From: Octopus sinensis
Taxonomy: Eukaryota
DNA length: 64,000 nucleotides
NCBI RefSeq assembly: GCF_006345805.1
Contig: NC_043002.1
Coordinates: forward strand, 71,610,001 to 71,674,000
Reading direction: 5' to 3'
Shown here: piece by piece, positions 27,705 to 41,905 of the stretch
Position numbering within the stretch: the first letter of the stretch is position 1
How the letters are laid out: each line of letters opens with the position of its first letter
The notes under the pieces: model-generated
The model's input: the letters and a program-made list of their open reading frames with translations, nothing else
Databases searched by the model: none
Told to the model about the DNA's origin: nothing
Made by a program: the position numbers and the translations under genes

Positions 27705-27787
27705 CAGGGTTGTCAACATACCTGTAGTACTACGGGCAAATCTATCAGGGTTATATTATCGATCAGGGTTGTCAACATACCTGTAGT
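27705..27787 (+). repeat. hAT/Charlie-like terminus, locally duplicated
   Basis: ttctagat (NTCTAGAN) precedes cagggttgtcaac; gatcagggttgtcaacatacctgtagt occurs at 27702-27728 and 27761-27787. Confidence 0.35.
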
Positions 27788-28791
27788 TCTATGTGAAAAT
27801 CTGAGCAATGAGAAAGCTGCCGTTTAAGAGTCAATACAACTTGACACCAGCATCGTCGCTTTAAACATTATTCCAATCCATCACACCTTGAGACTTTTTA
27901 TTGACTCCTAAAATGCGGAAGACAAATTTGACCTCAACATGATTTCAACACACAGCACAGTGAGTCGCAGCGAATATTATGAAGCATTTTACCGAACACT
28001 TCAACCATTGCACTTATTCACAGGTTTCCTACTTCAAAATTCAGTTTATTTGTAGAAAGATTAATGCATGTTTCGGTGTGTTTTTGTTGTTTTGATTTGG
28101 GGCTTTGGTTTCTTGACTTGTAGGACTCACAAAACTGATTAACCGGGGTAAAAGTGACCGCGATCGGTGTATACGTGACCGGAACAGGACGCCGGTCTAT
28201 ATCAAGGTTCAATGCCGGCAGTTTTTTAATGGAGGTTCACGTCGAATACTTGGAACTCAATACTTTGCTGGTTCTGTCATTTTCTCAACTCCGAAAGCAA
28301 ATGAACTCAGAATATAAAGAGCCGAAGAAAATGCTGCTAAGCATTTTTAGCGAAATGCTTCCGAGCCTGTCAGATTTCGGATTAGGTTAATGTATTAATG
28401 CCGCTTATTTAATTTTTAAAGCGATGTTCTGTTATATAAATTCATCTACTAGCTTTATATCATTCTTCTTTTTATCCCAGCAGCAAAACAATTCAAGTTA
28501 ATACAGAAATATCAAGGCATTGACTGGAAACTAAATAATTTATTAATACGTTTTAACGTTATCATCCTTATAATAATTACCACCAGCAATATTAGGAAGA
28601 ATAAATTTTCTTTTTTTTCTCTCTCTATCTCTGTTGAAATTCCTGCTTAGTTGAAAAAGTTTCTCCTCAGCTACTTGGCAAATATGTCTGGGAATTTTTT
28701 AGAAATACGTCAAAACCACGTATTTTCCTTCTAAGAATAGATGAAATTTCTTAGAGCCTTTCTCAACCATTAATATTGATTTCTCATCAAT

Positions 28792-28822
<31 letters not shown>

Positions 28823-28840
28823 ATATATATATATATATAT

Positions 28841-28915
<75 letters not shown>

Positions 28916-28933
28916 TATAATATATATATATAT

Positions 28934-28965
<32 letters not shown>

Positions 28966-28983
28966 ATATATATAATATATATA

Positions 28984-29033
<50 letters not shown>

Positions 29034-29100
29034 CGCATACCCATACACGTATGTGTGTGTATATATATATATATTGAGAGAGATATATATATAGATAGAA

Positions 29101-29102
29101 AG

Positions 29103-29190
<88 letters not shown>
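29101..29190. repeat. (GATA)n microsatellite adjoining a large (TA)n array at about 28815-29035
   Basis: Directly visible tandem repeats. Confidence 0.95.
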
Positions 29191-29800
29191 GTACATACAC
29201 ACACACATACACATTTATTTCAGACTTGGTAGTCGACCCATCAAAATATGCGAGTGCAACCTGATGCTAAGAATAAGTTTCAACTGTATTACATTATTCT
29301 CTGCGGTTTATTATGTAACGAAACATTTACGAGTGAATAAATTGTGTTTATGCTGCTATGCTTTCACAACGAAGAACAGCATTGTTAAGGCGTAATTTAA
29401 ATTATTCTCATAGGTTTTCTCTTATTATACGCTTGTTTTCTTTCTGTATTTTTCTTAGAAACTTCAATTCGCTACCTGATGATGAATGAACTGCACCTGA
29501 ACATTTTTACAGTAAATTTTGTTAATGTTGTCCCTACCATTATGTTTATGGAGATTTCGAAGAGTAACTTTCCAGTGTTTTGTTTTAATTGTCATAATTA
29601 GAATGTTAGACGCAAAATTCTCAATAGCTATGGCTACGTTTTATAATCTTTCTTTCTTTCAAATGGCTATTCCCAGTGCAATTAGTTTAATTAGGAACAC
29701 TGTTGAATTTATTTGTTAATGGTTAACTGGACAAAACAATCACACTATATTATTGTTTTTTACTTGTTATTAATATAATTTCATTTATTTATTTATTTAT

Positions 29801-29833
<33 letters not shown>

Positions 29834-30060
29834 AAGCCATTAGTATATAGAAAACAAGAAAATATTAACATTGTTTTAACTTTAAATTCTGATAATTAAT
29901 AATAATATTAACAGTCACTAGAATTGCAATTACAGTTACAGCATTAACAATAATAATAATAATAATAATAATAATATAATAATAATAATAATAATAATAT
30001 AATAATAATGATAATAATAATGATAATATCTTTATCATTATCATAATTATTATTATAATA

Positions 30061-30591
30061 AATGCCCTGATGCAGTACGAAACAGTATCTCTCATGGCTT
30101 CTCATCTTAACTGACTGGAAGTTTTATGTATATTGTTTTGTGTTGATATAAAAGATGAGAAACCGCAAATATTCTGCTCCATACTACACATTTGCTTGTC
30201 AGCTGTTTGACCCTTAACCGGTTGAGCTTGTCCCTTAGTGGCTGACGATATGTGCATCTCTAATCACGAGCAGAAGCAGCTGGGGAGCATCATAGCCATG
30301 TGTTGAAAGAAATTCTTTGGAGTTTGGATAATTCACCTCTAAAAACATATATGTTTCATTCAGCATCGTTCAACAACCCTTATTCAGGGACCTTTTGAGC
30401 GTATTGGTCTAACTGGGCCCCAAGTGCAAAGTCTTGCACTGTTTATCTTGATATGAGTTCATTTCACGTCCATGTGGTTGCCATGCATGTGTCTGGTGTA
30501 TCCTTATCAGACAGATAGTCATGATGGATAAACTGAGCTTCGTATGTTTTACTCCAGTGTTACATTGATGACATACACTGCTCTCTCACTC
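30061..30591 (+). mobile_element. Non-coding ~530 bp element F, flanked by (TAA)n on both sides
   Basis: Reverse complement of 41064-41605 along its whole length; TAA array at about 29945-30060 and aatcataataataac after 30591. Confidence 0.75.
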
Positions 30592-30694
30592 AATCATAAT
30601 AATAACATAAGGACCTTAAGATTCAGCTATCTAACGTGGCAATTAAAAACGAAAAATATCCCTGATGTTGCAAGTGCCCTGGGAATCATCTCTC

Positions 30695-30806
30695 TCTTTA
30701 CTCTTTTACTTGTTTCAGTCATTTGACTGCGGCCATGCTGAAGCACCGCCTTGATAGTCGAGCAAATCGACCCCGGGACTTATTCTTTGTAAGCCTAGTA
30801 CTTATT
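30695..30806 (-). mobile_element. SINE A tail fragment
   Basis: Matches the SINE A tail up to gcctagtacttattc, then switches to the 30803-31045 repeat. Confidence 0.8.
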
Positions 30807-31045
30807 CCTTTCTTTTTGGTACTGTCCGTCATTTCAGCCTCCGGTATGTATTTGGCATTTGAATTCAGAAGACATACTTTTATTTTGTTCGCAGTTGTAT
30901 CCTCTTTTAAGGTTTTACCACCGTTCTACACCAAATATCTATATACTTAGACTTATATTGTATATTTCATATCAGTTTTCTATGTACATCAATTACTTTC
31001 CGCCTGTATTTGTGATAAATATAAACGTCCTCTATGAGATTATGT
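30803..31045. repeat. Unclassified interspersed repeat, copy 1 (copy 2 at 54351-54574)
   Basis: High-identity direct repeat with one 19 nt indel. Confidence 0.85.
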
Positions 31046-31172
31046 CACGCACATATGGATAGGATGCATGTGTCTGATGTACCCTTATCAGACGGGTAGT
31101 CATGATTGGTATACAGGGCTTCGTATATTTTACCCCGGTGTCTCTCTTATGGCATGCAATGCTCTCCCATTC
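31046..31172 (+). mobile_element. Element F, 3' part, followed by a short (TAA)n
   Basis: Matches 30470-30591; taataataataat at about 31178-31190. Confidence 0.65.
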
Positions 31173-31190
31173 AAAATTAATAATAATAAT

Positions 31191-31500
31191 CGTCTCCCCG
31201 ACACTGGGGAAGAAAAACAACTACGATGATTTGAAGTGATAAATACGAAGATTGTGGTCAATGAGGGGTGTGGTTGTGACACCAATAGTTATTGGAAGTA
31301 TCAGCACTCGACTACCAACATGGCTGGAAAAAAATCGGCTCAAGTGTGAAGGCAGAACACCTAAAAATCAGCATTGCTTGGAACTCCAAGAATTCCTCAC
31401 AGGGTTCTTGAAGCATGACTAGTAAACAACTGTTACCTTAGTCTGCTGGCTGTGTACAGCTGACGATTTCCATCATACCCAAAAAATAAGCTGTGCGTTT
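31191..31500 (+). mobile_element. R4/Dong-clade LINE, decayed 3' terminal fragment
   Basis: YDDLK**IRRLWSMRGVVVTPIVIGS...KSALLGTPRIPHRVL aligns with the RLE C-terminus of the 42-43 kb and 47 kb copies; it starts right after a TAA run. Confidence 0.6.
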
Positions 31501-32089
31501 TCAGAGAAAAGTATCATTAACGTCCCCGCTTTTTGTGTCTCTTCTCAGCGACGTCTCCAATCCTCGGCTCAGCTATCAGTTGTGAGAAACATCCTCCAAT
31601 AGAGAAAAGAACAAATCAAGAGAAGTCTGGCAACCAGAATGTTGTTGGACAAATTGTACACGGAAAAAAGTTTCACGAGAAAATCTCGCTCATATTTGAT
31701 AATGGGCGACGCGAATGAAGTATATATGCAATGTATATATAGATAATAAATTGGTAACTGTGACGTGTTGATAAAACATGTTCTTTGTCTATCTACTTAT
31801 CCTCTTGGCGATTTTGGATAAACTGAAAAATTATACTAATGAATCCTTTGAATTTTACTAAATTCTATATTTTTATGAAGCTGAAGATTGCTCTACATTT
31901 TAAATTAATGTAATGTTTGCATTGTTCAATTAAATGGAGTCGCATGAAACGATCGTACTGCATTACCTCTGGATATCCTTGTTGCTTATTTTGATTATAA
32001 TCGCCACATTTTGAATTATATGGATAATACCATACTAAATTCTGGTGCCTTTAACTTAAGTACCATATTCATCTGAATCTAAATTTTAC

Positions 32090-32145
<56 letters not shown>

Positions 32146-32898
32146 ATACTTATATATGTATGTGTATATATAATATATATACACACTCACGCACACGCAT
32201 ATATCCTATTATTTCATATTTGAGATAACATGTATATCATATTAGTTAATATTTGGAATAGCATGTGATACACAAATCCAGTCTACAATTGAAAACCTAT
32301 TTGTATATTCAATAGGATATCATACAAATGGGAGTTCGTGACAATAATGATATTACAGGCGATAAGAAATCCTATTAAAAATAATGTTCTGTGTTTGTGT
32401 CTGTATAATTTTTGAGCACGTGCGTTTGTGGGCCTGAGTTGATGTGTGCATGCGCGTAAGTGTGTGTGTGCGCATGTGTCTGCGTGTGTCTGCATATGCA
32501 CGCGTGCGCGTGTGTGTTGAGGATCGTGTTGAACAGAAACTTGCCCGATACGCGAGTATACTGTGTAATAAAATAATTTGAAAGGATTGGCGAATTAGTA
32601 AATACTCCATGACCTTTAACTGTATTTAACTAATGAGGGATTGATTGATAGTTTGAGAATCTACGGATGAAAAATTTAAGCGGCCGTATTAATGTTTAGT
32701 AAAACATGTTTAAAATACCGTAGTATTTAATTAAGAGAGACACACCCATGCATCATGTGTAATGTATTTATACACGGTTGATGAATTAAAAGACAAAAAT
32801 TCATTCAGTGCGCCTGGTGGCCACTGCTACACATATACATACATACATACACACACATATATAGTATATATACATAACTATATATATATACATGTATT

Positions 32899-32968
<70 letters not shown>

Positions 32969-33009
32969 ATATATATATATATATCTATATATATATATTA
33001 TATATATAG

Positions 33010-33041
<32 letters not shown>

Positions 33042-33178
33042 ATACATATATATATCCAAACTTACACTCACATACCTCCTCTTGCACTATCCTGTCTTTG
33101 AAAGAACTTTTTCTTCACCCATTCCCTTCCGGTCATTCAAAGTGTGACCGTGTGTTTGCCGTTGGTGATTTTTTACCT

Positions 33179-33339
33179 CCGTCTTCCTTCTTTGGATCTT
33201 TCCTTTGCTTACGTTTCTGACGAAGACCTCCGCTCGAAACGTTAAACCCTCCTTCTTTCCTGAGCGTCCAATAACACTATACTTGTTCCACGTCCTCGCG
33301 TTGTTGTGTTTTCTCAATGTGTTTTCATGTTTGGATTAC

Positions 33340-33340
<1 letters not shown>
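33179..33340 (+). mobile_element. Penelope-like terminal repeat fragment carrying a hammerhead motif
   Basis: Colinear with 11783-11942. Confidence 0.6.
33213..33247 (+). ncRNA. Minimal type-I hammerhead ribozyme motif (GUU triplet)
   Basis: gttt-CTGACGA-a-gacc/tcc/gctc-GAAAC-GTT-aaac; palindromic aacgtt stem III; one stem II mismatch. Confidence 0.65.
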
Positions 33341-33411
<71 letters not shown>

Positions 33412-33419
33412 GTATATAT

Positions 33420-33990
<571 letters not shown>

Positions 33991-34119
33991 TAGATATAGA
34001 TATATATCTATATATATATTATATACATGTATAGCTGAAATTTATAGAAAAACAAAACGAAAAGAAAAAAGTCTCTCGCGTTTCGAGTCAAGAGAAAGGA
34101 ATAGAGGAAATACAGAGAC

Positions 34120-34152
<33 letters not shown>

Positions 34153-34965
34153 CACAGAGAGAGGGTGAAAAAAACTTGTGGAATTCAGCGGTCCAGCATG
34201 GTGAATGATTGGGTAAGAAGAGGTTGAAAGAAAGGGAGACAATAATATAAAAATAGGTTGAATAACGGGGAGATAATAATGTGCTAGTGATCTTAACAAG
34301 AGAAGGTGCGCGTGCGTCTCTGTGTATGTGAGAATGCTGTGTCTGTATTTGTGTGCTAATAGGGATGAGTGATTCTGTATGTGTGTGTGGTGTGTGTAGC
34401 ATTTGATATATGCTTTTTCACGTGTTGTGCCCACATGTGTGTGAGTGTCTGTGTTTGGTGTATATATGTGGGCGAATGTTATCTTTGTCTATGTATGTTG
34501 CGTGTGTTAATGCGTGTTGCGTGTGTATGTATATATAGCCTGTGTTCAGGTATTATGTGCTTATGTGAGTGTGAGAGTGTGCATGATGGTGTGTAGTGTG
34601 TGTACTGAGTTAAACAGTGTGTGTGGCTGGTTGTATAGTAGTATGTGCGGTGACACGATTGAAGATTGTGTGTGGGTGTGAGGGATGATGGTGTGTGGTG
34701 TGGGTGCTGGGAAGTGGTCAGTGCTAGTGTGTGTGGAGCTGGTATCAAATGAGAAGAGGAGGTGAGTTTGGTGTTAGATGAAGAGAGGAAATAAGATGAC
34801 CCCATGTGGGACAAAAGAGAGATATACCTATATGCGTGTGTCTGTGTTTGTGTATGTGTGTATGTATGTAGGTATGTATGTATGTATGTATATATATATA
34901 TAATATATATATATATAGATATATATATATATATGTATGTATCCACATATACGTATGTATATATG

Positions 34966-35028
<63 letters not shown>

Positions 35029-35639
35029 CAAATGATACATATATATATATTTGCATATATACATACGTATATGTAGATACATCTATACGTATATATATGC
35101 TTATGCGGGCACAGGAGTCATGATACGTGTACAACAAAAAAAGTACGAAGAGCTTTTATGAATCCCAACTTCCATGCAGATACTTCGTAACTGTTTCAGT
35201 TGTACGGTAATTGACAATAGTTTGCATTTTATTTCAGTTCACTGTTTTGCGCCTTCACAAAATTGTCCGCTGTTTGTTTGTTTCAGCTACTGTGAAGCGA
35301 TGAAAAATTTCGAGAAATATTCCCATGACATCATAATAAAACACATTTCCGGGTGAAGATATGGTTGTCCATAATATTAAGAGGTGGTTGTCCACAATTA
35401 GTGCAGATTTTACTAGGAAAATTCCGTTCCTGGCAATTTGTAAGCAATAACAGGCTGTCCAAAATAACCGAGGTTTCTGTAATAATTTCAACTATAGGAG
35501 CAAATAACCGTAAAACATGAACCCGATACTCTAAAAAATAAATTAAATCCTTAAACCAGGAATATTTCACAAAATTTCCTTTCAATCAATTGTGTGTTTA
35601 TAGGTCTATAACCGCCTTTAAAAATATTTTCACTTGATT

Positions 35640-35713
35640 TTTATAAAAGAGGCCCGCCAAGGTTCCAAAGACGCACTGTGCGGCCCGCGATCAAAAAAGT
35701 TCGCCCACCCCTG
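35640..35713 (+). mobile_element. hAT/Charlie-like 3' terminus
   Basis: gcggcccgcgatcaaaaaagttcgcccacccctg followed by ttctagaa, matching the NTCTAGAN target preference of Charlie-type hATs. The partner end was not found. Confidence 0.55.
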
Positions 35714-35847
35714 TTCTAGAACTATGTTCTAGAAATACTAGACTGGCAATATAAGTAGTGAGGTAAATTTGTTTTACAAAACAATTCAGGACAGTACCCC
35801 AGGTTGGCTGCACTAGTATAACTAAAACAGGTGGAAGATAAGACTGT

Positions 35848-36175
35848 TTGTGTGTGTGTACGTGTGTCTGTGTACGTGTGTGTATGTGTGTGTATGTGTG
35901 TATATGCGTGTGTATGTGTGTATGTGTGTGTATGTATGTGTATGTGTGTATGTGTGTGTATGTGTGTGTATGTGGGTGTTTATGTGTGTATGTGTGTGTG
36001 TTTGTGTGTGTGTATGTGTGTATGTATGTGTGTATGTGTATGTGTGTATGTGTGTATGTGTGTATGTGTGTATGTGTGTGTATGTGGGGTGTGTATGTGT
36101 GTAGGTGTGTGTTTGTGTGTATGTGTGTGTATGTGTGTGTATGTGTATGTGTGCGTGTGTGTGTGTGTGTGTGTC
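35848..36175. repeat. Compound (TG)/(TGTA) microsatellite
   Basis: Directly visible. Confidence 0.95.
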
Positions 36176-36683
36176 TGTTAACCCAATGAAAGATCCATTA
36201 CAGATTGTTGACTTCCGCTCTACTGTGTACTGGAAATCCATGTTCGGTAATTGGGACTACTTGAATGGGTAGCAACACTTTGACACCCTAATCCCACCTC
36301 AAATGCTATTCATTTTTAGCTTCTATGACGCCATTACACTCACCCACAGACATTAATAACACATAACAGAAAGACCCTTCTCCGGGCGGTTTTCTGCTAG
36401 CTCCATGATATTTTCACATTTAATTCCCAATTCTAATAATTTTTACATTTTACCTCTAATTATTTCTTTGCATAATAGTGTTCACTTGCTAAGTAAATAT
36501 TGCTTTCATTATTTTATCACAGTCATAATTTCTGTTCTTTAAACAAACATCAAGGTAGATCAACAACAGAGTGGAAAAGCAGTTTTTCAAGTTTTACCTT
36601 CCACTCAAAGCAACATAGAGATTTCAATTCAGCAGCCTATCTGCTGTAGGCTTTGGTGGGTGTGCGTGTGTGTGTGTGTGTGT

Positions 36684-36715
<32 letters not shown>

Positions 36716-37711
36716 TGAGAGAGTGAGAGAGAGAGAGAGAGTGACGGAGAGAACATTGCAAACAATGAATGAAATAAACATGAAATGAAAAACTCGTATA
36801 AATATAAGGACATTACTACAGAGTTATACAGCCAAGACTTTGTAGCCTAATAACATCGAGAAAATGGGATACTTTTAACAAAATTTTCTACAAATACTGC
36901 TTGTATGTTGTGGCTTCAGAGTATATAGGGATTTATGGGAAAAAAATTTTCCGAGGGGGTTAAGAGAGGAGTTTCGCAAAATTCACACGGTCTGACTTTT
37001 TCCCTCATAACTTTCAGGTAGCTGGATCTCTTTTAATGAAAATTTACACACATCCCTTTCAAACAGCATAGATTACGATTATAAAGAAATTTGTAGGGAA
37101 ACTGTTTCGGGGATTTCGCCATTTTTTTTTAAGCCACAGCCTTCGAAATGATGGGATTGGGGGGAGGGAGCACATGTTTATGAAAAAGTTTTGAAAACTC
37201 TTTTTTAATACCCCCTCCCCCATCATCCCACTCCGGACCTATTTTTGCCAATTTTTTTTTTTGGGGGGGGGCACTTCCAAACCATAGGAAGAGCATTTTT
37301 GTAAAAAGAAAAGCAAGAAAAAAAAAATGTAAATATTTTCAAAGAGAAAAGTGAGTAATTTAAGGGCGATTTGGCTGTTGTTTCTAGCACACCTACATAC
37401 AACCTTCCTCGTTTCTTTGTCACTCTCTCATGTATTGATGTATTTCAATATTGTTTTCCCCATAAATACATTAATATACTACGAAAACAAAAATTCGAGA
37501 AATGTGAATTTTTTGCAATCCCAGTCCCTGCCCCCGATTGTTTCTGTTTAGAAATTAAAATATTGGAAAGCCTGAGAAGGTCATTGCTGACATTTATCCA
37601 CAATGACTTAAAAAAATTACGGAGATTTACTTGCATAGCATGTGACTTGATCTGAGGTCATGTGCTGAAACAAAATCAGTTGGAATTAAGGACACCAAAA
37701 CCGATAATTTC

Positions 37712-37951
37712 ACGGCACCACTTAAATACAGAGGACTCGCTTAAATACAGAGGCCTTGATGCATCTACTTAACGATATGAAGGGGAGTGTTAGGTTTTAG
37801 GGTTAGTTTTTAGGATTAGGGTTAGTTTTAGATTTAGTTAGGGTTAGGGTTAGGGCTAGGGTGTCATTACACGTCCACACAACGTACATTTAAAATACTT
37901 CGTACGAAACACCTGTATTTAACTAGTACCTCTGTATTTAAGTAATACCGT
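37712..37951. mobile_element. MITE with 23 bp TIRs, duplicated subterminal motif and internal TTAGGG-like array
   Basis: acggcaccacttaaatacagagg (37712-37734) versus cctctgtatttaagtaataccgt (37929-37951); inner copies at 37740-37753 and 37912-37922; (TTAGGG)3 CTAGGG at 37838-37861. Confidence 0.65.
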
Positions 37952-38163
37952 TAAAGGACCTCTGTGTTTAAGTATTGCCAGTGTCACTTCAACATTAAAA
38001 TTTCTTTTGTAGCAAAATATTTTCGTCGCTTTGAAACCGCGACCTGTTCCCCATCAAGACTTCACAAAAGTGATGTAGAACGAAGTTTTGACAAACACAC
38101 GCGTAAGCACACATACACATTAATTTGTGTGTATGTGTATCTTTGTGTGTGCGCGAGTGTGTA

Positions 38164-38233
<70 letters not shown>

Positions 38234-40296
38234 TGCGTCTGTGAGTCACTGTTGAAGTCGCTCATGCAACTTGTTTGTGTATATATTAGCTTAGTGGTAT
38301 ACATTGTTTGGAAACTGTGAATAAGGTGGAAGTTGGAGTACTTCTCGGCTACGTTTTTCTTTTCCTCGTCTTCTAACTGTAATTACCCAACTTTCTACGC
38401 TCTTCTCACAGCTATCCCGCGTTCAAATATTATACGGGTATTTTAAAAATATTTTATTCAATAAATAATGTTTTTACATTACGTATACATTAATAGAATA
38501 AAGTATCGGTTTTTTCCAAATAGCGAATTAAAACTTTAAGCAGAAAGTGAGATGCTTTGTAAATGGAAATAATGGAATACTCCGCAGTAAATGCAATGAA
38601 TATTTAAATCTGTGAAGAATTGGATGCAGTCAATGCAATGAATATTTAATTTTGCGAGAAATTGGAGTTTAAAAAAAATTCAATAAACTTACGAAATCGA
38701 AATTATAAGAAATTTCTTAGAACATGAATTTATAAAAAATATTTACCTAATTCATAAGCAGCTTTCTCCATTATAGTATAGATGTTCTCTCTTTTTTTGT
38801 TTTTTGTTTTTTTTTGCAAGTATAATTTGTTCTACAATCTTTATGCTATTCTGTAGTATTTAAGATATTGATTTCAATTTTATTTTCATCTAAAGTTTAT
38901 CCTTTTAGAGTGGCGGGCAAAGTGCTACGTAATTCTGAGTTCAAATTACGCAGCATTGACGTCATCTATTTTGTTTCCAGGACAGTAGAACGAAATACTA
39001 GTTGAATAGCCTAGACCATGCAAACGTCTCTATCTCTCATTTTCCAAGATATGAAGCTTTATCGATCATTCCTTAGTTACAGTACGGTGGTGCCTAATGA
39101 AATAAAACCAGGTGGCTTCGTGCCATTGTTAGAAGACTACAATAGGTTTCTTTACTCTTTTAAGAAACTAAACTCTAGAACAAAATAGGGGATATAACAG
39201 AAACCCTTAAGGTAATGAAACAAGTTCAAGTATTATGCTTGCAATCATCCTAACTATAGAACGAATATGAATCAATATGTATGTATAACATAATAAAACA
39301 TCATGAAATTTAGTAAATTCGTGCATCGAATGGAAGTATAAAGATCTTTAAAATGTTGAATGTTGTACAGTTTTTGCTCGTCGATATTCTTGTTTGTTAA
39401 GGGCTGTGGAAATATGTAAGATATAAATATGAGTTGCACATATCTTGTCCATCGTCCTGCATATAGTTGCCTTTTTGCTCACCATTAATATGGGGTAGGA
39501 ACGTTTAGTTTATACATCGAAAAGAAGCTTAGGAAAAATGCTCTTTAAAATTGTTACAGACAAATAAATAACACAAGGCAATATAGTTTGTTTTCTACGC
39601 GTGAATTCAGTTATACCTACAGAGATGTTAAGATTATTCCATGCATATTAAAAATAACGATATTGTCTTCAGTTATTTACATGTCAGTTTGAAAAAATAA
39701 AACAGAACCAACATACTTTTATTCCCTGCATGAGATGATTCAACTTACGTCATATTTTCTACCATTCTCTTAGCATTAATGACAACATGCAAGCACGTTT
39801 ATCAACCTCAGACACAAAGACAATTGAAAGTAAACATTCTTCATGCCTTCGCTTATATGCACATCTTACCAATTCACGCTTTTCCATTGCCTAGAAGCAT
39901 GTCACGTTCACCTTTGTTTTCTTGTGTGCATCTTTCATCCACTTAACACTTCGTTCTAAATTTTCCTTTGTTACCGTGCATGAAATCCCTTCCCTTACTT
40001 CATTAGTGAAGGAGAAGAGATTCACTCACAAATTTTATTTTATTTATTTTATTTTATTTATTTATTTATTTTTGTCACAAAACCAATCCTCCTACTTGAA
40101 TTATACTTCTCAGTATCTGTTGTTTTGTTTTCGGCTTTCACACATACATAATCAGTGTTAAATCCAACAACAGTTGTTGATCATATACGCAGGTATACAC
40201 ACACACGCACACGAACACGCACACGCATATATACATATATATATATATATATTCCACATATATATGTGTATGTAGTAATTGAGTTTGCTTGTTTGC

Positions 40297-40329
<33 letters not shown>

Positions 40330-41063
40330 TGTATGTATACTGTAAAACGACTGGGCCGAGTGTGTCAAATGAATTTGCGTACGCATAAAGGCTTTGAGGC
40401 CAGCATATAAAATCAGTTAAATGCCCTTTAGAAGACGGAAAGAAATGGTCACCAAGCCTCCACATGAAATCGAAACCTGCATCTTTCTGAACCATCAAGC
40501 TAGAAGACTCCTGATGACAGAATCCACCTAAATATAATGCTAAATAATAGCTTTCGGAGTGTGCGAACATTTTGTAAACAAACATATAAGCGTTGCCCAA
40601 AAGTTCAGAGAGTCAAATGGGACAGCTATAGAAAATTGTTTCGACATAAATTCAAGTCTTCACTATAAAAATGTTCATGTTTTTAATTCAACAGTCGAGG
40701 CGTGTAGGAGGACGCATCTATCACCTGTGTAGTTTTGATAAATGAATGGACAATGAACTAAGGAAAATAATACGGTGGAAACTGTGGTATTTACTTCAAA
40801 AATGAGACTAAAAGAGAATATTAAATAACATACCAGCTAAAATATATATATTTATTTCTATAGCTGCTTTTAGTCTAATTTTTCAATCCCAGTGCCTTTA
40901 TATAATATGACCTTGTACGTAAAACTCTTCTAAGCTGTGTCTTACATCAAGTTCTCTGATGACTTCAAGTAACATACGCAGAAGTATTTCTTGTTGTTTA
41001 TCATTTGCAGCATACAACTTCAAGAAACTAGTATATAAGAATGGTGTCGTTGCCACTATTTTT

Positions 41064-41605
41064 GAGTGAGAGAGCAGTGCATGCCATCAAAGTGACACTG
41101 GAGTAAAATATAACAAGCATGATTATCCGTATGATAAGGGTAAACCAGGTATATACATCACAACCATATGTACGCGACATGGTGATCTCAAATCAAGATA
41201 AACAGCGCATGACCTTACAGGTGGGGCCCAGTTAGAAATTTATTCTGGTCGAGTAGCCCATCCCACTCAAAAGGTCCCTGAATAAGGGTTGTTTAAGGAT
41301 GTTGAATGAAATACCCATGTTTCCAGAAGTAAATTATTCAAACCCCAAAGAATCCCTCTCAACACATGGCTATGATGCTCCCCCACTAGTTCTGCTCGTG
41401 ATCAAAGATGCACATATTGTCAGCAACTAAGGGACATGCTGAACTGGTTAAGGTCAAACAACTGACAAACAAATCTGTGGTATAGAGCAGAATATTTGCT
41501 GTAGCCCATCTTTTATACCAAGACTATCAATGTACATGATAACACTTCCAATCAGTTAAGATCAGAAGCCATGAGAACCACCGTCTGGTACTGCATCAGG
41601 GCATT
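41064..41605 (-). mobile_element. Element F, second full-length copy
   Basis: Both ends coincide with those of 30061-30591; its inferred 5' end abuts the 41606-41905 TAA array. Confidence 0.75.
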
Positions 41606-41657
<52 letters not shown>

Positions 41658-41677
41658 CATTATTATTATTATTATTA

Positions 41678-41710
<33 letters not shown>

Positions 41711-41815
41711 CATCATCATCATCACCATCACCATCACCATCATCATCATCATCATCATCAATCATCATCATCATCATCAATCATCATCATCATCATTATT
41801 ATTATATTATTATTA

Positions 41816-41849
<34 letters not shown>

Positions 41850-41905
41850 ATTATTATTATTACTATTATTATTATTATTATTTTTATTAATATTATTATT
41901 ATTAT
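41606..41905. repeat. (TAT)/(CAT) trinucleotide array (TAA/TGA on the minus strand)
   Basis: Directly visible; lies between the Dong 3' end and element F. Confidence 0.95.

Noticed and set aside
21198-27787. Short direct repeats at 21.2 kb and 27.7 kb considered as CRISPR-like
   Set aside because: Too few units, irregular spacing, no unique spacers of constant length, no cas genes, and a eukaryotic context.
30860-30900. Minus-strand CEQNKSMSSEFKCQIHTGG as a C2H2 zinc-finger remnant
   Set aside because: The Cys/His spacing does not fit, and the neighbouring frames are full of stops.
37838-37861. TTAGGG run as a true chromosome end
   Set aside because: Only four units, internal to a TIR-bounded element.
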